From assembly GCA_963769935.1 (NCBI GenBank), contig CAVYNY010000022.1, positions 288,001 through 352,000 on the forward strand: a stretch of DNA of 64,000 nt. Reading direction: 5' to 3'. Positions 51,984 through 61,481 of the stretch are shown piece by piece. Source of the stretch: an uncultured delta proteobacterium. GTDB taxonomy: Bacteria; Desulfobacterota; Desulfobacteria; Desulfobacterales; JAFDCJ01. How positions within the stretch are numbered: the first letter of the stretch is position 1; each line of letters opens with the position of its first letter. A program made the position numbers and the translations under genes. The notes under the pieces are model-generated. The model did no database searches. It saw nothing but the letters and a program-made list of their open reading frames with translations, and was not told where the DNA came from.

Positions 51984-53458
51984 CCGAGTGACCTCAGGGC
52001 TTTGTAAGCATACATCTGGCAGTACCATTCCTTGGAAATTTCGATTATATTCAGGATCGGTCGAATGGCGCGGGGATCTTTTCGCAGCCCGAGAGAATAA
52101 AGCGCCATGGTTCGAACATTGAGATTTTGGTCCTGCAGTAATTTCAGCAAATCATCAAAAGTTCCAGGTTGTCGGCTGTAAGCCAAAGTTTTTGCCAGCC
52201 AATAGCGTTCCTGGGGGGACCCGCTGTTGATCAGGTGCGGATATTCCGCATAACCGGCGATGTCCAACTTTTTGTGCTGGATCATTTTTAATGCCGCCAC
52301 CCGAATTTGCCAGCGGTCGGATCGCAGAGCTTCGGCTATATTTTGAATCCGGATACTGCTGCTTCGATTTGACTGGAAATAAGCAAGTACGATGATGCCC
52401 ATAAGCAGACAAATAATTGAAGCCGTCAGGGACGCCGGTTTCCGTCCCATAATGAAGCAGCCCGGATAATAGAAAGCAGCATGCAAAAATGTATAGATCA
52501 ATATCGGAAAGCCTATTAAAATGGATAAAAAAGTCAATTGCCGAAATTTTGCCTGGCGGTCTGTTTTTTCCGAATAGCTTTTCAAGATACTTCGTGGATC
52601 GGATAAAAACCGATTTATGGAAGCCCGGAGAATTTCATGCCCATCATCTTCAAACGATATCTGATCATCCTTCCGATGGATGACCACATCGACCGTGGTG
52701 GTATTATCTAATGGCAGATAATCGTTGTCTATCAACTTTCGATCGAGTTTTATTTTGATTGATCGATCGTGGAGGTCTTTCAAACCGCTGGTTTTGATAA
52801 TCTTTTGATCCAGCGCTTTAAAAGCTTCGGCTGGATAAAGCGTATAAGTATAATAGAAATTACTGAATTTTCTACCATACAAATTGGATAAAAGAAGGTT
52901 GTCCCTAAGATCCAGAAACATCGCATTATCAAATTGGGTGAACCACACCAGGGCAAGCAACGGCAGGGGAATTAAATGAACCAGGAGACGCTTTCGATCT
53001 GATTGCATGTCTGTGATTTCGCGTTTAGCAGTCAATGTAAAAACTACGGGCGTAATAAATAGAAAATACAAGGTGGGCATCAGGCTGAATCCGCGGCTAT
53101 TTACCAAAATCATCAAGCCAATCCATATAAGCTGAAAAAATATGAATGCCGGTTTCCTGCGCAAAAAAATGCGAACCCATATCCAGGCTGCTGCCATTGC
53201 GCCAAGGGAAATGCCGGCCCCGATGGTAAATGTGAAAAAAAGACCGCCCCAAAAGGCCGGAGCAAAATCTCGCAGACCGTTCATCACCAGTTTGTTGGGT
53301 ATGGCAAGATAGCCGGCTGAATTTATGTTGGATAAAGTATGATACAGTTCGAGGTTTGATAGGTATACCTGAATGGTGGCTATAATCTGGGCAATGAATA
53401 GCCCGCCAATGAGAATGACGACCGGGTGAGATGTGTATAAGGGTTTCAGTTTAATCAT
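51959..53458 (-). CDS. Multi-TM membrane protein with C-terminal HEAT repeats
   Basis: About 7 hydrophobic segments; LLQDQNLNVRTMALYSLG-type HEAT repeats. Confidence 0.75.
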   Translation of the reverse strand: MIKLKPLYTSHPVVILIGGLFIAQIIATIQVYLSNLELYHTLSNINSAGYLAIPNKLVMNGLRDFAPAFWGGLFFTFTIGAGISLGAMAAAWIWVRIFLRRKPAFIFFQLIWIGLMILVNSRGFSLMPTLYFLFITPVVFTLTAKREITDMQSDRKRLLVHLIPLPLLALVWFTQFDNAMFLDLRDNLLLSNLYGRKFSNFYYTYTLYPAEAFKALDQKIIKTSGLKDLHDRSIKIKLDRKLIDNDYLPLDNTTTVDVVIHRKDDQISFEDDGHEILRASINRFLSDPRSILKSYSEKTDRQAKFRQLTFLSILIGFPILIYTFLHAAFYYPGCFIMGRKPASLTASIICLLMGIIVLAYFQSNRSSSIRIQNIAEALRSDRWQIRVAALKMIQHKKLDIAGYAEYPHLINSGSPQERYWLAKTLAYSRQPGTFDDLLKLLQDQNLNVRTMALYSLGLRKDPRAIRPILNIIEISKEWYCQMYAYKALRSLGWKQTKSP

Positions 53459-53602
53459 ATTTAATCATTTTTTCGTAATAAATGAAAAGAGTCAAGTGCC
53501 GAAAGTGATTAGCGGTCGATAGAAAATTTGATAAATACCCAGTATTATGATATATTTTGAAGAACTTGAGGTAACTTTGGGATTCGGTTTTGATCTGAAT
53601 AA

Positions 53603-55051
53603 ATGCAACTAAGCAAAATTACAACCATTGCCGCGATTTTTCTAACTTTATCTATCATCAGCAAGGCTGTTATCGCCGGTGAACTTATTCAGCTCGCCGG
53701 GGTTATGCACGTCCACTCGACCTATAGCTCGGGTCGGTATTCCATTGAAGCGCTGGTTGCCAGAGCCGGGGAGAAACACCTCGAGGTCCTGGTTTTAACC
53801 GATCATGACTTGGTAGCTATGGAATACGGGCTTTTTCCTTTCAGAAACCTCATTAAAAAAAGAGAGGAAAGAAAATCGGTTCTGCAAGCCGGACCGCTGA
53901 AGTTTATATCAGAGATCGAGCGATTAAACAAACAGCAGCAATCCGTATTGATTATCCCCGGGGTTCAATCTTCGCCTTTCTACTACTGGGAAGGAAATCC
54001 TTTTGGCAAAGGGCTTAGCGCCCATAATTACCGCAAAGAACTTTTGCTCGTCGGCATGTCTTCCCCTGATGACTACGATAATTTGCCCCTGTTGCACGGC
54101 GGATTTTCAATCCGTTATGTGAAGGATCTCCTGCCCAGATTCATGATTTTTTTTGCGGTTTTCATATTATCGATTTACCTTATATCCCAAAAAGGCAAAA
54201 CCAGATTATGGGGTTTGGTCATTGCATTATTGAGCATTGCTCTGATGGTTGACCATCACCCCTTTAAAAGCTCCCGATTTGACGCGTACCATGGAGATCA
54301 GCGTACGGCACCCTACCAGGAGGTTATCGATTACGTGGGTTCGCGCGGTGGGCTTGTATTCTGGGCTCATCCGGAATCCAATTATTCTAAAGCCGGTGTT
54401 GAACTGGGCCCAATTAAGATGGTGACGGAACATTATCCGGCTGACCTGGTTGAGTCGAAAAACTACACCGGTTTTGCCGCTATATACGGAGACAGCTCGA
54501 GCGCAGGCAAGGCCGGCAGGTATTGGGACCAAGTCTTGCTGGATTACTGCAAAGGGAATAGGAATCATCCTGCCTGGGCCATTGCAGGGGCGGATTTTCA
54601 TGAAGAACAAAAAGGATTTGATCTGGATACGTTTCAGACGATATTCCTGGTCAAAAATAAGCGCCCCAAAGAGGTGCTCCAGGCCCTTGAACACGGTCGC
54701 ATCTATGCCGTGAGAAAATCGGAAGGCATGCGGCTCGCCCTCGATCAATTTCAGATAAAGGATAAAAGTACCGGCAAAACGGTCATCATGGGAGAGGAAA
54801 TGAACGCCAGAGGAGCACCCGTTGTCGAAGGACGATTATCAGCCTCAGACAACGGCAGGCATGCGGTGAGCGTTTCCGTCATAAGAGGCGGCCAGCAAGC
54901 CTGGTTCTTTGAGGGGCAAACCCCCCTCGATTTTCAGTTGGCGGATCAGGGCCAATGGCGCGGCAAGACCTTCTATCGGCTGGAAGTGAAGGGTCGGGAA
55001 GGAGGGTATTTGCTGTCAAATCCAATATTTGTAACGCGGACTAATGATTGA
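53603..55051 (+). CDS. Exported PHP-family metallohydrolase with an internal TM hairpin
   Basis: Signal peptide, HVHSTYS.G, TDHD, WAHP, GADFH; two TMs mid-protein. Confidence 0.75.
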   Translation: MQLSKITTIAAIFLTLSIISKAVIAGELIQLAGVMHVHSTYSSGRYSIEALVARAGEKHLEVLVLTDHDLVAMEYGLFPFRNLIKKREERKSVLQAGPLKFISEIERLNKQQQSVLIIPGVQSSPFYYWEGNPFGKGLSAHNYRKELLLVGMSSPDDYDNLPLLHGGFSIRYVKDLLPRFMIFFAVFILSIYLISQKGKTRLWGLVIALLSIALMVDHHPFKSSRFDAYHGDQRTAPYQEVIDYVGSRGGLVFWAHPESNYSKAGVELGPIKMVTEHYPADLVESKNYTGFAAIYGDSSSAGKAGRYWDQVLLDYCKGNRNHPAWAIAGADFHEEQKGFDLDTFQTIFLVKNKRPKEVLQALEHGRIYAVRKSEGMRLALDQFQIKDKSTGKTVIMGEEMNARGAPVVEGRLSASDNGRHAVSVSVIRGGQQAWFFEGQTPLDFQLADQGQWRGKTFYRLEVKGREGGYLLSNPIFVTRTND

Positions 55052-55070
55052 TATTTGAAGAGGAAAAGAC

Positions 55071-55763
55071 TTGATTGTCGCAGTCCATCAACCGCAGTAT
55101 CTTCCCTGGCTCGGCTATTTTGACAAAATCCGACAGGCGGATGTGTTCTGTTATCTGGACGATGTGCAGTACAAAAAGAATGATTGGCAAAACCGCAACC
55201 GGATCAAAACTGCCCAGGGTTGGCAATGGTTGACGGTTCCGGTGCACTATCGCTTTCCGCAAAAATTAAACGAAGTGACAATCAACAATGCTGTCAACTG
55301 GAAGAATAAACATCTTCAAACGCTGGTCACCAACTTTAATCGTGCGCCGTTTTTTAGAGAGTTTGCGAAACTTTTTGAGCAGGTCTATTCAGAAGACTGG
55401 AAATTTCTGTCGGCTTTAAACATTGCTTTAATTGAACGCCTGAAGGCAGCGTTCGGCGTTGGGCAAGTGCCGGCGGTTAAATCCTCAGAATTCAGCCTGA
55501 GACAAGATCCCACGGATCGGCTAATCGATATATGTAAGGAATTAAAAGCCGACACCTATCTGTCGGGACCGGACGGCGTCAACTATATGGATCTGGATCG
55601 CTTTGAGCAAAACGGTATTCAAGTTGTCGTTCAGGAGTTTACGCATCCGGTCTATCCGCAGATTTTCAACGAATTCCAGTCGCATATGTCGGTCGTGGAT
55701 CTATTGTTTAACTGCGGCTCAGAAGGCCTTGAGAGAATAGTTGAGGTAAATCCGATTAACTAG
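55071..55763 (+). CDS. WbqC family protein
   Basis: HQPQYLPWLGYFDKI, DDVQY, WQNRNRI, YLSG, SVVDLLFN. Confidence 0.9.
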   Translation: MIVAVHQPQYLPWLGYFDKIRQADVFCYLDDVQYKKNDWQNRNRIKTAQGWQWLTVPVHYRFPQKLNEVTINNAVNWKNKHLQTLVTNFNRAPFFREFAKLFEQVYSEDWKFLSALNIALIERLKAAFGVGQVPAVKSSEFSLRQDPTDRLIDICKELKADTYLSGPDGVNYMDLDRFEQNGIQVVVQEFTHPVYPQIFNEFQSHMSVVDLLFNCGSEGLERIVEVNPIN

Positions 55764-55829
55764 ACATATTAGAAGATTCTCAACTGGTCAACTTTTCAAC
55801 CACTTACGGACATTTCGAACGAGGGTCTT

Positions 55830-56453
55830 ATGGAGAAAGTCAACATTCTGGCAATCGGCGCCCATCCTGATGATATAGAATTTGGTTGCGGCGGTGCTTT
55901 AATCAAATATACCCGGAAAGGCCACCGATTATTTTTGCTGGTGATGACCGGTGGAGGCCTGGGAGGGTCATCTTCCGTGCGGATGAAGGAACAGCAGGCT
56001 TCCGGGAAAATACTGGGTGCCGAAAAAATTTTCTGGGGCGGCTATGAAGACACCCACCTGATTGTGGATATAGATCTGATCGGCAAGATCGAAGCCGTAA
56101 TCGCTGAGGTCAAGCCGGATTTCATCTTCTGCAGCTTTCCGGACGACACCCACCAGGATCACCGCCACCTTGCGCAGGCGATCATGTCGGCCACCCGTTA
56201 CATTCGAAACGTATTATTTTACGAGGGACCGACGACCCAAAACTTCAATCCCCAGGTATTTGTGGATATATCCGATACTCTGGAAATGAAGGTTGAAGCT
56301 TTAAAAGCGCACAATTCCCAGGTTATGAAAACCAACATTGAAGATTTATCCATTGTCGAAGTCGCGCGCTCCAGCGCCAATTTTCGCGGTATTCAGGGGA
56401 GGGTGAAGTATGCCGAGGCGTTTCATTCTCTGAGATTATTTATTAACATTTAA
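55830..56453 (+). CDS. PIG-L family deacetylase
   Basis: AHPDDIEFGCGG, HQDH, HNSQ. Confidence 0.9.
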   Translation: MEKVNILAIGAHPDDIEFGCGGALIKYTRKGHRLFLLVMTGGGLGGSSSVRMKEQQASGKILGAEKIFWGGYEDTHLIVDIDLIGKIEAVIAEVKPDFIFCSFPDDTHQDHRHLAQAIMSATRYIRNVLFYEGPTTQNFNPQVFVDISDTLEMKVEALKAHNSQVMKTNIEDLSIVEVARSSANFRGIQGRVKYAEAFHSLRLFINI

Positions 56454-56487
56454 TTTCCGAATTGGCCGATAATCGAATTGGTAGCAA

Positions 56488-57606
56488 ATGAATTGTCTAT
56501 TAACTGAACTAGTATCCAGTGTGGATCCAATCGTGATTAATCAAGGTAAAGTAGAAAAAGATATTATTCCGCATTCCAAGCCGACATTAGGGACGGAAGA
56601 ATCCCGGGCTGTCGCCGAAGTTATCGAGTCGGGCTACATCGCGGAGGGGAAAATTGTAAAAAAATTTGAAAGGGCCTTTGCGGAATTCTTAGGGGTTGAA
56701 TATGCAATGAGCACCGGTTCGGGTACCTCAGCGCTGCACTTAACGCTGCTCGCAATGGGGGTGGGGCCGGGGGATGAGGTGATTCTGCCCAGCTATGTTT
56801 GCAGTGCCTTGTTAAATGCGGTTAATTATACGGGGGCCACCCCGATTCTGGCGGAAATTTCCCCCGCCACCTATAACCTTGATGCGGCGGATCTTAAAAA
56901 ACACCTGAGCAAACGCACCCGTGCGATCATCGTCCCCCACCTTTTCGGACTGGCCGCGGATTTGGAATCGATCCTTGCACTGAATGTACCGATTATAGAA
57001 GATTGCGCGCAGGCCGTCGGCACCGTTTATCACCGGCGACCGGTGGGGACTTTTGGTCAAGCGGCGGTCTTCTCTTTCTATGCCACCAAAGTGATGACCA
57101 CGGGGGAAGGCGGCATGGTGGTTTCAAATTCGAGGAAAATCGCCGATCGGATCAGGGACCTGAAATCTTATGACCGCAAAGAATATTATAAAATCCGGTT
57201 CAACTACAAAATGACCGATATCCAGGCGGCCCTGGGTTTGGTTCAACTGGGGCGATTGGAATACTTCATACGGCGTCGCCAGGCGATTGCCCATAAATAC
57301 AGCAGCACATTTAGTTCATATGACCTGAAGCTTCCCCCGGCCGAAAACGGGCATATCTATTTTCGTTATGTGCTTGGTTTAAATAATAATTCAACACCCT
57401 GGATCCAGGCGCTTTCCCAAATGGGAATTGCCAGTGATCGACCGGTGCATCTTCCTCTTCACCGCTACCTGAATTTACAGGGATATCCCCTCACAGAGGA
57501 TGCCTGGCGAAATTCGATTTCGATTCCTATTTATCCCAGGCTCACTAAAGAAGAAATTAACCGGGTGGTGGACGGCGTAACGACTTGCCATAAGAAATTC
57601 TGTTAA
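56488..57606 (+). CDS. DegT/DnrJ/EryC1/StrS aminotransferase (start uncertain)
   Basis: SGTSALHL, EDCAQA, SFYATKVMTTGEGG, NYKMTDIQAALG. Confidence 0.92.
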   Translation: MNCLLTELVSSVDPIVINQGKVEKDIIPHSKPTLGTEESRAVAEVIESGYIAEGKIVKKFERAFAEFLGVEYAMSTGSGTSALHLTLLAMGVGPGDEVILPSYVCSALLNAVNYTGATPILAEISPATYNLDAADLKKHLSKRTRAIIVPHLFGLAADLESILALNVPIIEDCAQAVGTVYHRRPVGTFGQAAVFSFYATKVMTTGEGGMVVSNSRKIADRIRDLKSYDRKEYYKIRFNYKMTDIQAALGLVQLGRLEYFIRRRQAIAHKYSSTFSSYDLKLPPAENGHIYFRYVLGLNNNSTPWIQALSQMGIASDRPVHLPLHRYLNLQGYPLTEDAWRNSISIPIYPRLTKEEINRVVDGVTTCHKKFC

Positions 57607-57749
57607 ACCTATCAAGTAATTTTAACTACCACATTCTTTAATTTTTCGGTCAGTTAGAAGAATATCACCAGCATCCTCATAACTGGCATAAAAATGACCT
57701 TCCTGTAAATAATTCGCCACATTTTTGACAACCTAAAATTGACCGGCTA

Positions 57750-57831
57750 ATTCAATATTTTTCATTATTTATAAAAATATTGAATAGTTACATGTCAGAT
57801 TCGTATAAGGATAAATGGCACGAATTGTGCA
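57750..57831 (+). promoter_or_regulatory. Sigma54 promoter with an upstream 13-bp inverted repeat
   Basis: TGGCACGAATTGTGCA (GG-N10-GC) at 57816-57831; ATTCAATATTTTT-N10-AAAAATATTGAAT at 57750-57785. Confidence 0.65.
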
Positions 57832-58037
57832 AAAAAACCTAAAGTATATCGATGTTCCTGAATTTTGCGAGTTTGAAAAATTTTTGCTATTTTTTTCTTA
57901 ATATTTTAGCAAAGTTGCCGATAACAAAAGTGATGACGAAAGGATTTCCGGTTGTTCATCAGCAAGACCTGTCAAATGCTACTGAAATCATTACCAATTG
58001 AACGATAACCTCTAAATCGATCCGGTAAAATCCGGTA

Positions 58038-59339
58038 TTGAGAATTCGTAAAATTCATTTAATTACAATGAAATCCAGCACCTTCGTCGATCACTGGGAA
58101 ACCGAAAACAATCGCATTGCGCTTGTGGTGCAAAACAGCACCGATGAACTCGATGTGCGATCGAACCCTTTGGGCATTCGCTGGTATTTGTTCCTACCGC
58201 CGGTGGTCCTGACCGGTGCACTGCTGATACCCCAGGTTAGAGAGTTATTCCTGCAAGCCGGATGGCGGTGGGCCCATGTCATGTTGCTGTCGTTTGGAAT
58301 TTCATTTAGCCTGAACCCGGTATTTGCTAAAATTGCTTTTAATCTAAACATGCTTGATCGGCCCAATCAAAGAAAGTCTCATCAGGCGGCCACGCCGCTG
58401 CTCGGTGGGGCTGCCGTATTTTCAGGGTTTTTAGGCGCCTTGTTGATAAACGGGATTTTTTCCGTTGAACTGGGTGCCATCCTGATTGCATCACTAATCC
58501 TTTTCGCAGTCGGGGTTTTAGATGACTATAAAGAAATCTCTGCCGGAATAAAACTGCTGGCGCAGATAATTTGCACACTTCTGGTCGTAAGCTGCGGAAT
58601 TGTTTTACGGGTCATTCCAACTGATTTCGGTATTTTTTCTCAAATGGGCAATACGGTGTTAACCATCATCTGGGTCATTGGAATTACCAATGCCATGAAC
58701 TTTTTTGACGGAATGGACGGCCTGGCCGCCGGCCTGGGAGCCTTAATCGCATTTTTTCTTGGTGTGGTCGCGTTCCAGACCGCCCAACCATTCATCGGCT
58801 GGATCGCGGTTGCCATGATGGGAGGCTGTATCGGATTTCTACCCTATAATTTCAAAATCAAGGGCAATGCAGCCATTTTTCTTGGAGATGCAGGAAGCAC
58901 CATCATCGGATTCATCCTGGCCTGTGTCGCCGTTTATGGGGACTGGGCGGAAGGCAATCCGGTTGTTGCGTTGATTTCTCCTCTTTTAATATTCTGGGTA
59001 CTTGTTTTTGACATGGTACATATTACCGTGGATCGCATCATGAGCGGTAAGGTTCTCAGCTTTCGACAGTGGATTGAATATGTGGGACAAGACCACCTTC
59101 ACCACCGACTGGCGCATGCGCTGGGAAGCAATAAGCGGAGCGTGCTCTTCATTTATTCGCTCAGCCTTTGTCTGGGCATCAGTGCCGTAGCACTGCGTAA
59201 TGCGCGGGTCGTTGATGCGGTTTTGCTTATTTTTCAAGCAGCTATCCTGGTGGTGCTGATTACTTTTCTGGAAAGAAGGAGACGGATGCCAAACAGACCG
59301 CTGGATTCAAACATCCAACCGGGATGTTGGTTGAAATAG
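58038..59339 (+). CDS. WecA/TagO-like undecaprenyl-phosphate GlcNAc-1-P transferase (start may be ATG 58068)
   Basis: TPLLGG, GVLDD, NAMNFFDGMDGLA, FLGDAGS, DHLHHRL. Confidence 0.92.
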   Translation: MRIRKIHLITMKSSTFVDHWETENNRIALVVQNSTDELDVRSNPLGIRWYLFLPPVVLTGALLIPQVRELFLQAGWRWAHVMLLSFGISFSLNPVFAKIAFNLNMLDRPNQRKSHQAATPLLGGAAVFSGFLGALLINGIFSVELGAILIASLILFAVGVLDDYKEISAGIKLLAQIICTLLVVSCGIVLRVIPTDFGIFSQMGNTVLTIIWVIGITNAMNFFDGMDGLAAGLGALIAFFLGVVAFQTAQPFIGWIAVAMMGGCIGFLPYNFKIKGNAAIFLGDAGSTIIGFILACVAVYGDWAEGNPVVALISPLLIFWVLVFDMVHITVDRIMSGKVLSFRQWIEYVGQDHLHHRLAHALGSNKRSVLFIYSLSLCLGISAVALRNARVVDAVLLIFQAAILVVLITFLERRRRMPNRPLDSNIQPGCWLK

Positions 59340-59489
59340 GTCTATTGAAATTATCGCGCGAGTGAATGTTTCGATATTTGTGACGAAATTTTGTCATAAC
59401 GCCGCCGCCTTGCGGCAAAATTGATGTGCTTGGAAATGCTATCTTTTTTAAACCTAAATTGGAGAAGCTGGCTATAGCGTTGGTGGATC

Positions 59490-60564
59490 ATGAGCCTGGT
59501 AGAATTTCGCAACATGGATAATAAAGCTCAGAATAAAAGCAATCCCAAGGCAAAGCAGGATCTGAAGTTGAGCTTTAGCAAACTTGCTGCCGCCCGAGGT
59601 AAACTCGCTGCAGCGAGTCGGCCAACGGTCACTGCGCCCCCTCAACCAACCAGCAACAACCATAACCGCAAAGATCTGTACGGTAAAGCCAGCGTTTATT
59701 TAAACCAGGTGCTGAGCGCCGTTAAAAACCGCAGGAGTTTCGCGCTGGAGCCGGGATTTCGAATTTTGCAGAAAATGGCCGCGGGGACCCACCCAGGTGA
59801 CGAACTGTTTATCATGGCGATTCATCTGGATGATCGGTTTAAGTATGTGATCCACCACAGTATTAACGTTGCTATTTATTCCCTTAAAATGGCGGATGAT
59901 TTGGGGTTTGATCACTCCCGCAAACTGGAACTATCCATGGCGGCTTTATTGCATGATATCGGCATGGCAGTTATTCCGGATAAAATTCTTTACAAGCAGG
60001 ATGAACTCAGCCCGCAGGAAATTAACATCCTCAGGGAACGTCCCAATTACAGTTACAAAATTCTGCGATCATTTGGGGATGGGTTCGCATACCTGGCTGA
60101 AAGTGCTGCCCAAGTTTATGAAAGAATCGATGGGTCGGGATATCCGCGAGGAGTCTGAAAGGGAGACGAAATTCATGAATATGCCCAGATTATAGGACTG
60201 CTGGATATGTATGAAGCGCTTATTCACTCCCGACCCCAGAGGGACAAATTGACGCATTTTACTGCCGTCAAGGAGGTGATCAATACCTGTAAAAATCGGT
60301 TTCAGCGCAAGCATCTGAAGTCTTTATTGAGCATATTTACCGTTTTTCCGATTCACAGCTATGTTCGCCTCAACTCCAACGCGATCGGCAAGGTGATTGA
60401 GACCTATGCTGATCAACCCATGCGTCCCAAGCTTCAGATCATATACGATTCACAGCGACGAAAAGTTTTAACGGAAAGAATCGTTGATTCTACCGGAAAA
60501 TCCACTTTTAAATATTGTCGATTCGGTACCTGAATCTGAAATTCAGGAACTTGGCAAATTATAA
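59490..60564 (+). CDS. HD-GYP domain protein, degenerate motif; interrupted by apparent indels at ~60150 and ~60490
   Basis: HSINVA, LLHDIG, QVYERIDGSGYP, KGDEIHEYAQIIGLLDMYEAL..RP.R; C-terminus in a +1 frame ending TAA 60564. Confidence 0.82.
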
Positions 60565-60678
60565 TTTTTCAATAAGGGATCGGCCGGCCTCAGGGTTAAG
60601 CAAGTATAGCGATTACATATGGATGGATTGCTTTGCTCTGCAGGTTTTTTCATCCGGTATCAGAGCAAAGGTGTTTTT

Positions 60679-61479
60679 ATGTATTTAGAGCATTGGGAAC
60701 TTCAAAAAACGCCTTTTGGGAATGTGCCGTCACGCAGTGTTTTTTACCGCTCGCCTCAACATGAAGAGGCGCTCCGTAGGCTGCTGTATGTGGTCGAGCA
60801 CCGCAAAGGGGTTGCGATGTTGACCGGTGAGGTCGGTTGCGGCAAGACAACCGTCATCCGGGCCCTCGAAGAGCACCTTGACAAAGACAAGTATCAATTT
60901 CAGACGATTTCCAATCCCGCCCTGCAGCCAACCGACCTGATCAAAGCGATTTTGTTAAAGCTGGGTGGAAGCTCGGATAACGGCTCCAAGACGGACTTGC
61001 TTGAGCGGTTGCACCAGCATTTATTTCAAAACGCCGCGAAGGGGGTCAATACGGTTCTGGCGATAGATGAAGCCCATGTTATCGGCAATCAAGCCACGTT
61101 GGACGAACTGCGGATGTTGCTCAACATTCAGTCCGATGATGAGTTTTTGATTACCCTGATTTTGCTCGGACAACCGCCGCTGTTGAAAAATATCTCCGAT
61201 TTGCAGCCGTTGAAGGAGAGAATCAGCATCAAGTTCAACCTTGAACCGATGGATATGCGCAACACTCTCAATTATGTCGTGCACCGTTTAAAATGGGCCG
61301 GGGCGACGCGCGGTATTTTTTCCCGAGAAGCAATTGAGGCCCTTTATGAATTTGCGGGGGGATTGCCGCTGCGCATCAACAACCTGTGTGACCGCTGTCT
61401 GCTGGTTGGTTTGATGCGCCAGGCCAGAATTGTAGATACTAAAATCGTGCACGACGCCATCGAAGACATGGAATCATAG
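60679..61479 (+). CDS. ExeA/GspA-like AAA ATPase
   Basis: MYLEHWEL.K.PF, GEVGCGKT, IDEAH, LLGQP, GLPLRINNLCD. Confidence 0.9.
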   Translation: MYLEHWELQKTPFGNVPSRSVFYRSPQHEEALRRLLYVVEHRKGVAMLTGEVGCGKTTVIRALEEHLDKDKYQFQTISNPALQPTDLIKAILLKLGGSSDNGSKTDLLERLHQHLFQNAAKGVNTVLAIDEAHVIGNQATLDELRMLLNIQSDDEFLITLILLGQPPLLKNISDLQPLKERISIKFNLEPMDMRNTLNYVVHRLKWAGATRGIFSREAIEALYEFAGGLPLRINNLCDRCLLVGLMRQARIVDTKIVHDAIEDMES

Positions 61480-61481
61480 CC

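Noticed and set aside
60156..60158. In-frame TGA in the HD-GYP gene as selenocysteine or readthrough
   Set aside because: The consensus GYPxGLKGDEI has no Cys here and the region has three extra bases, so clustered insertion errors explain it better.
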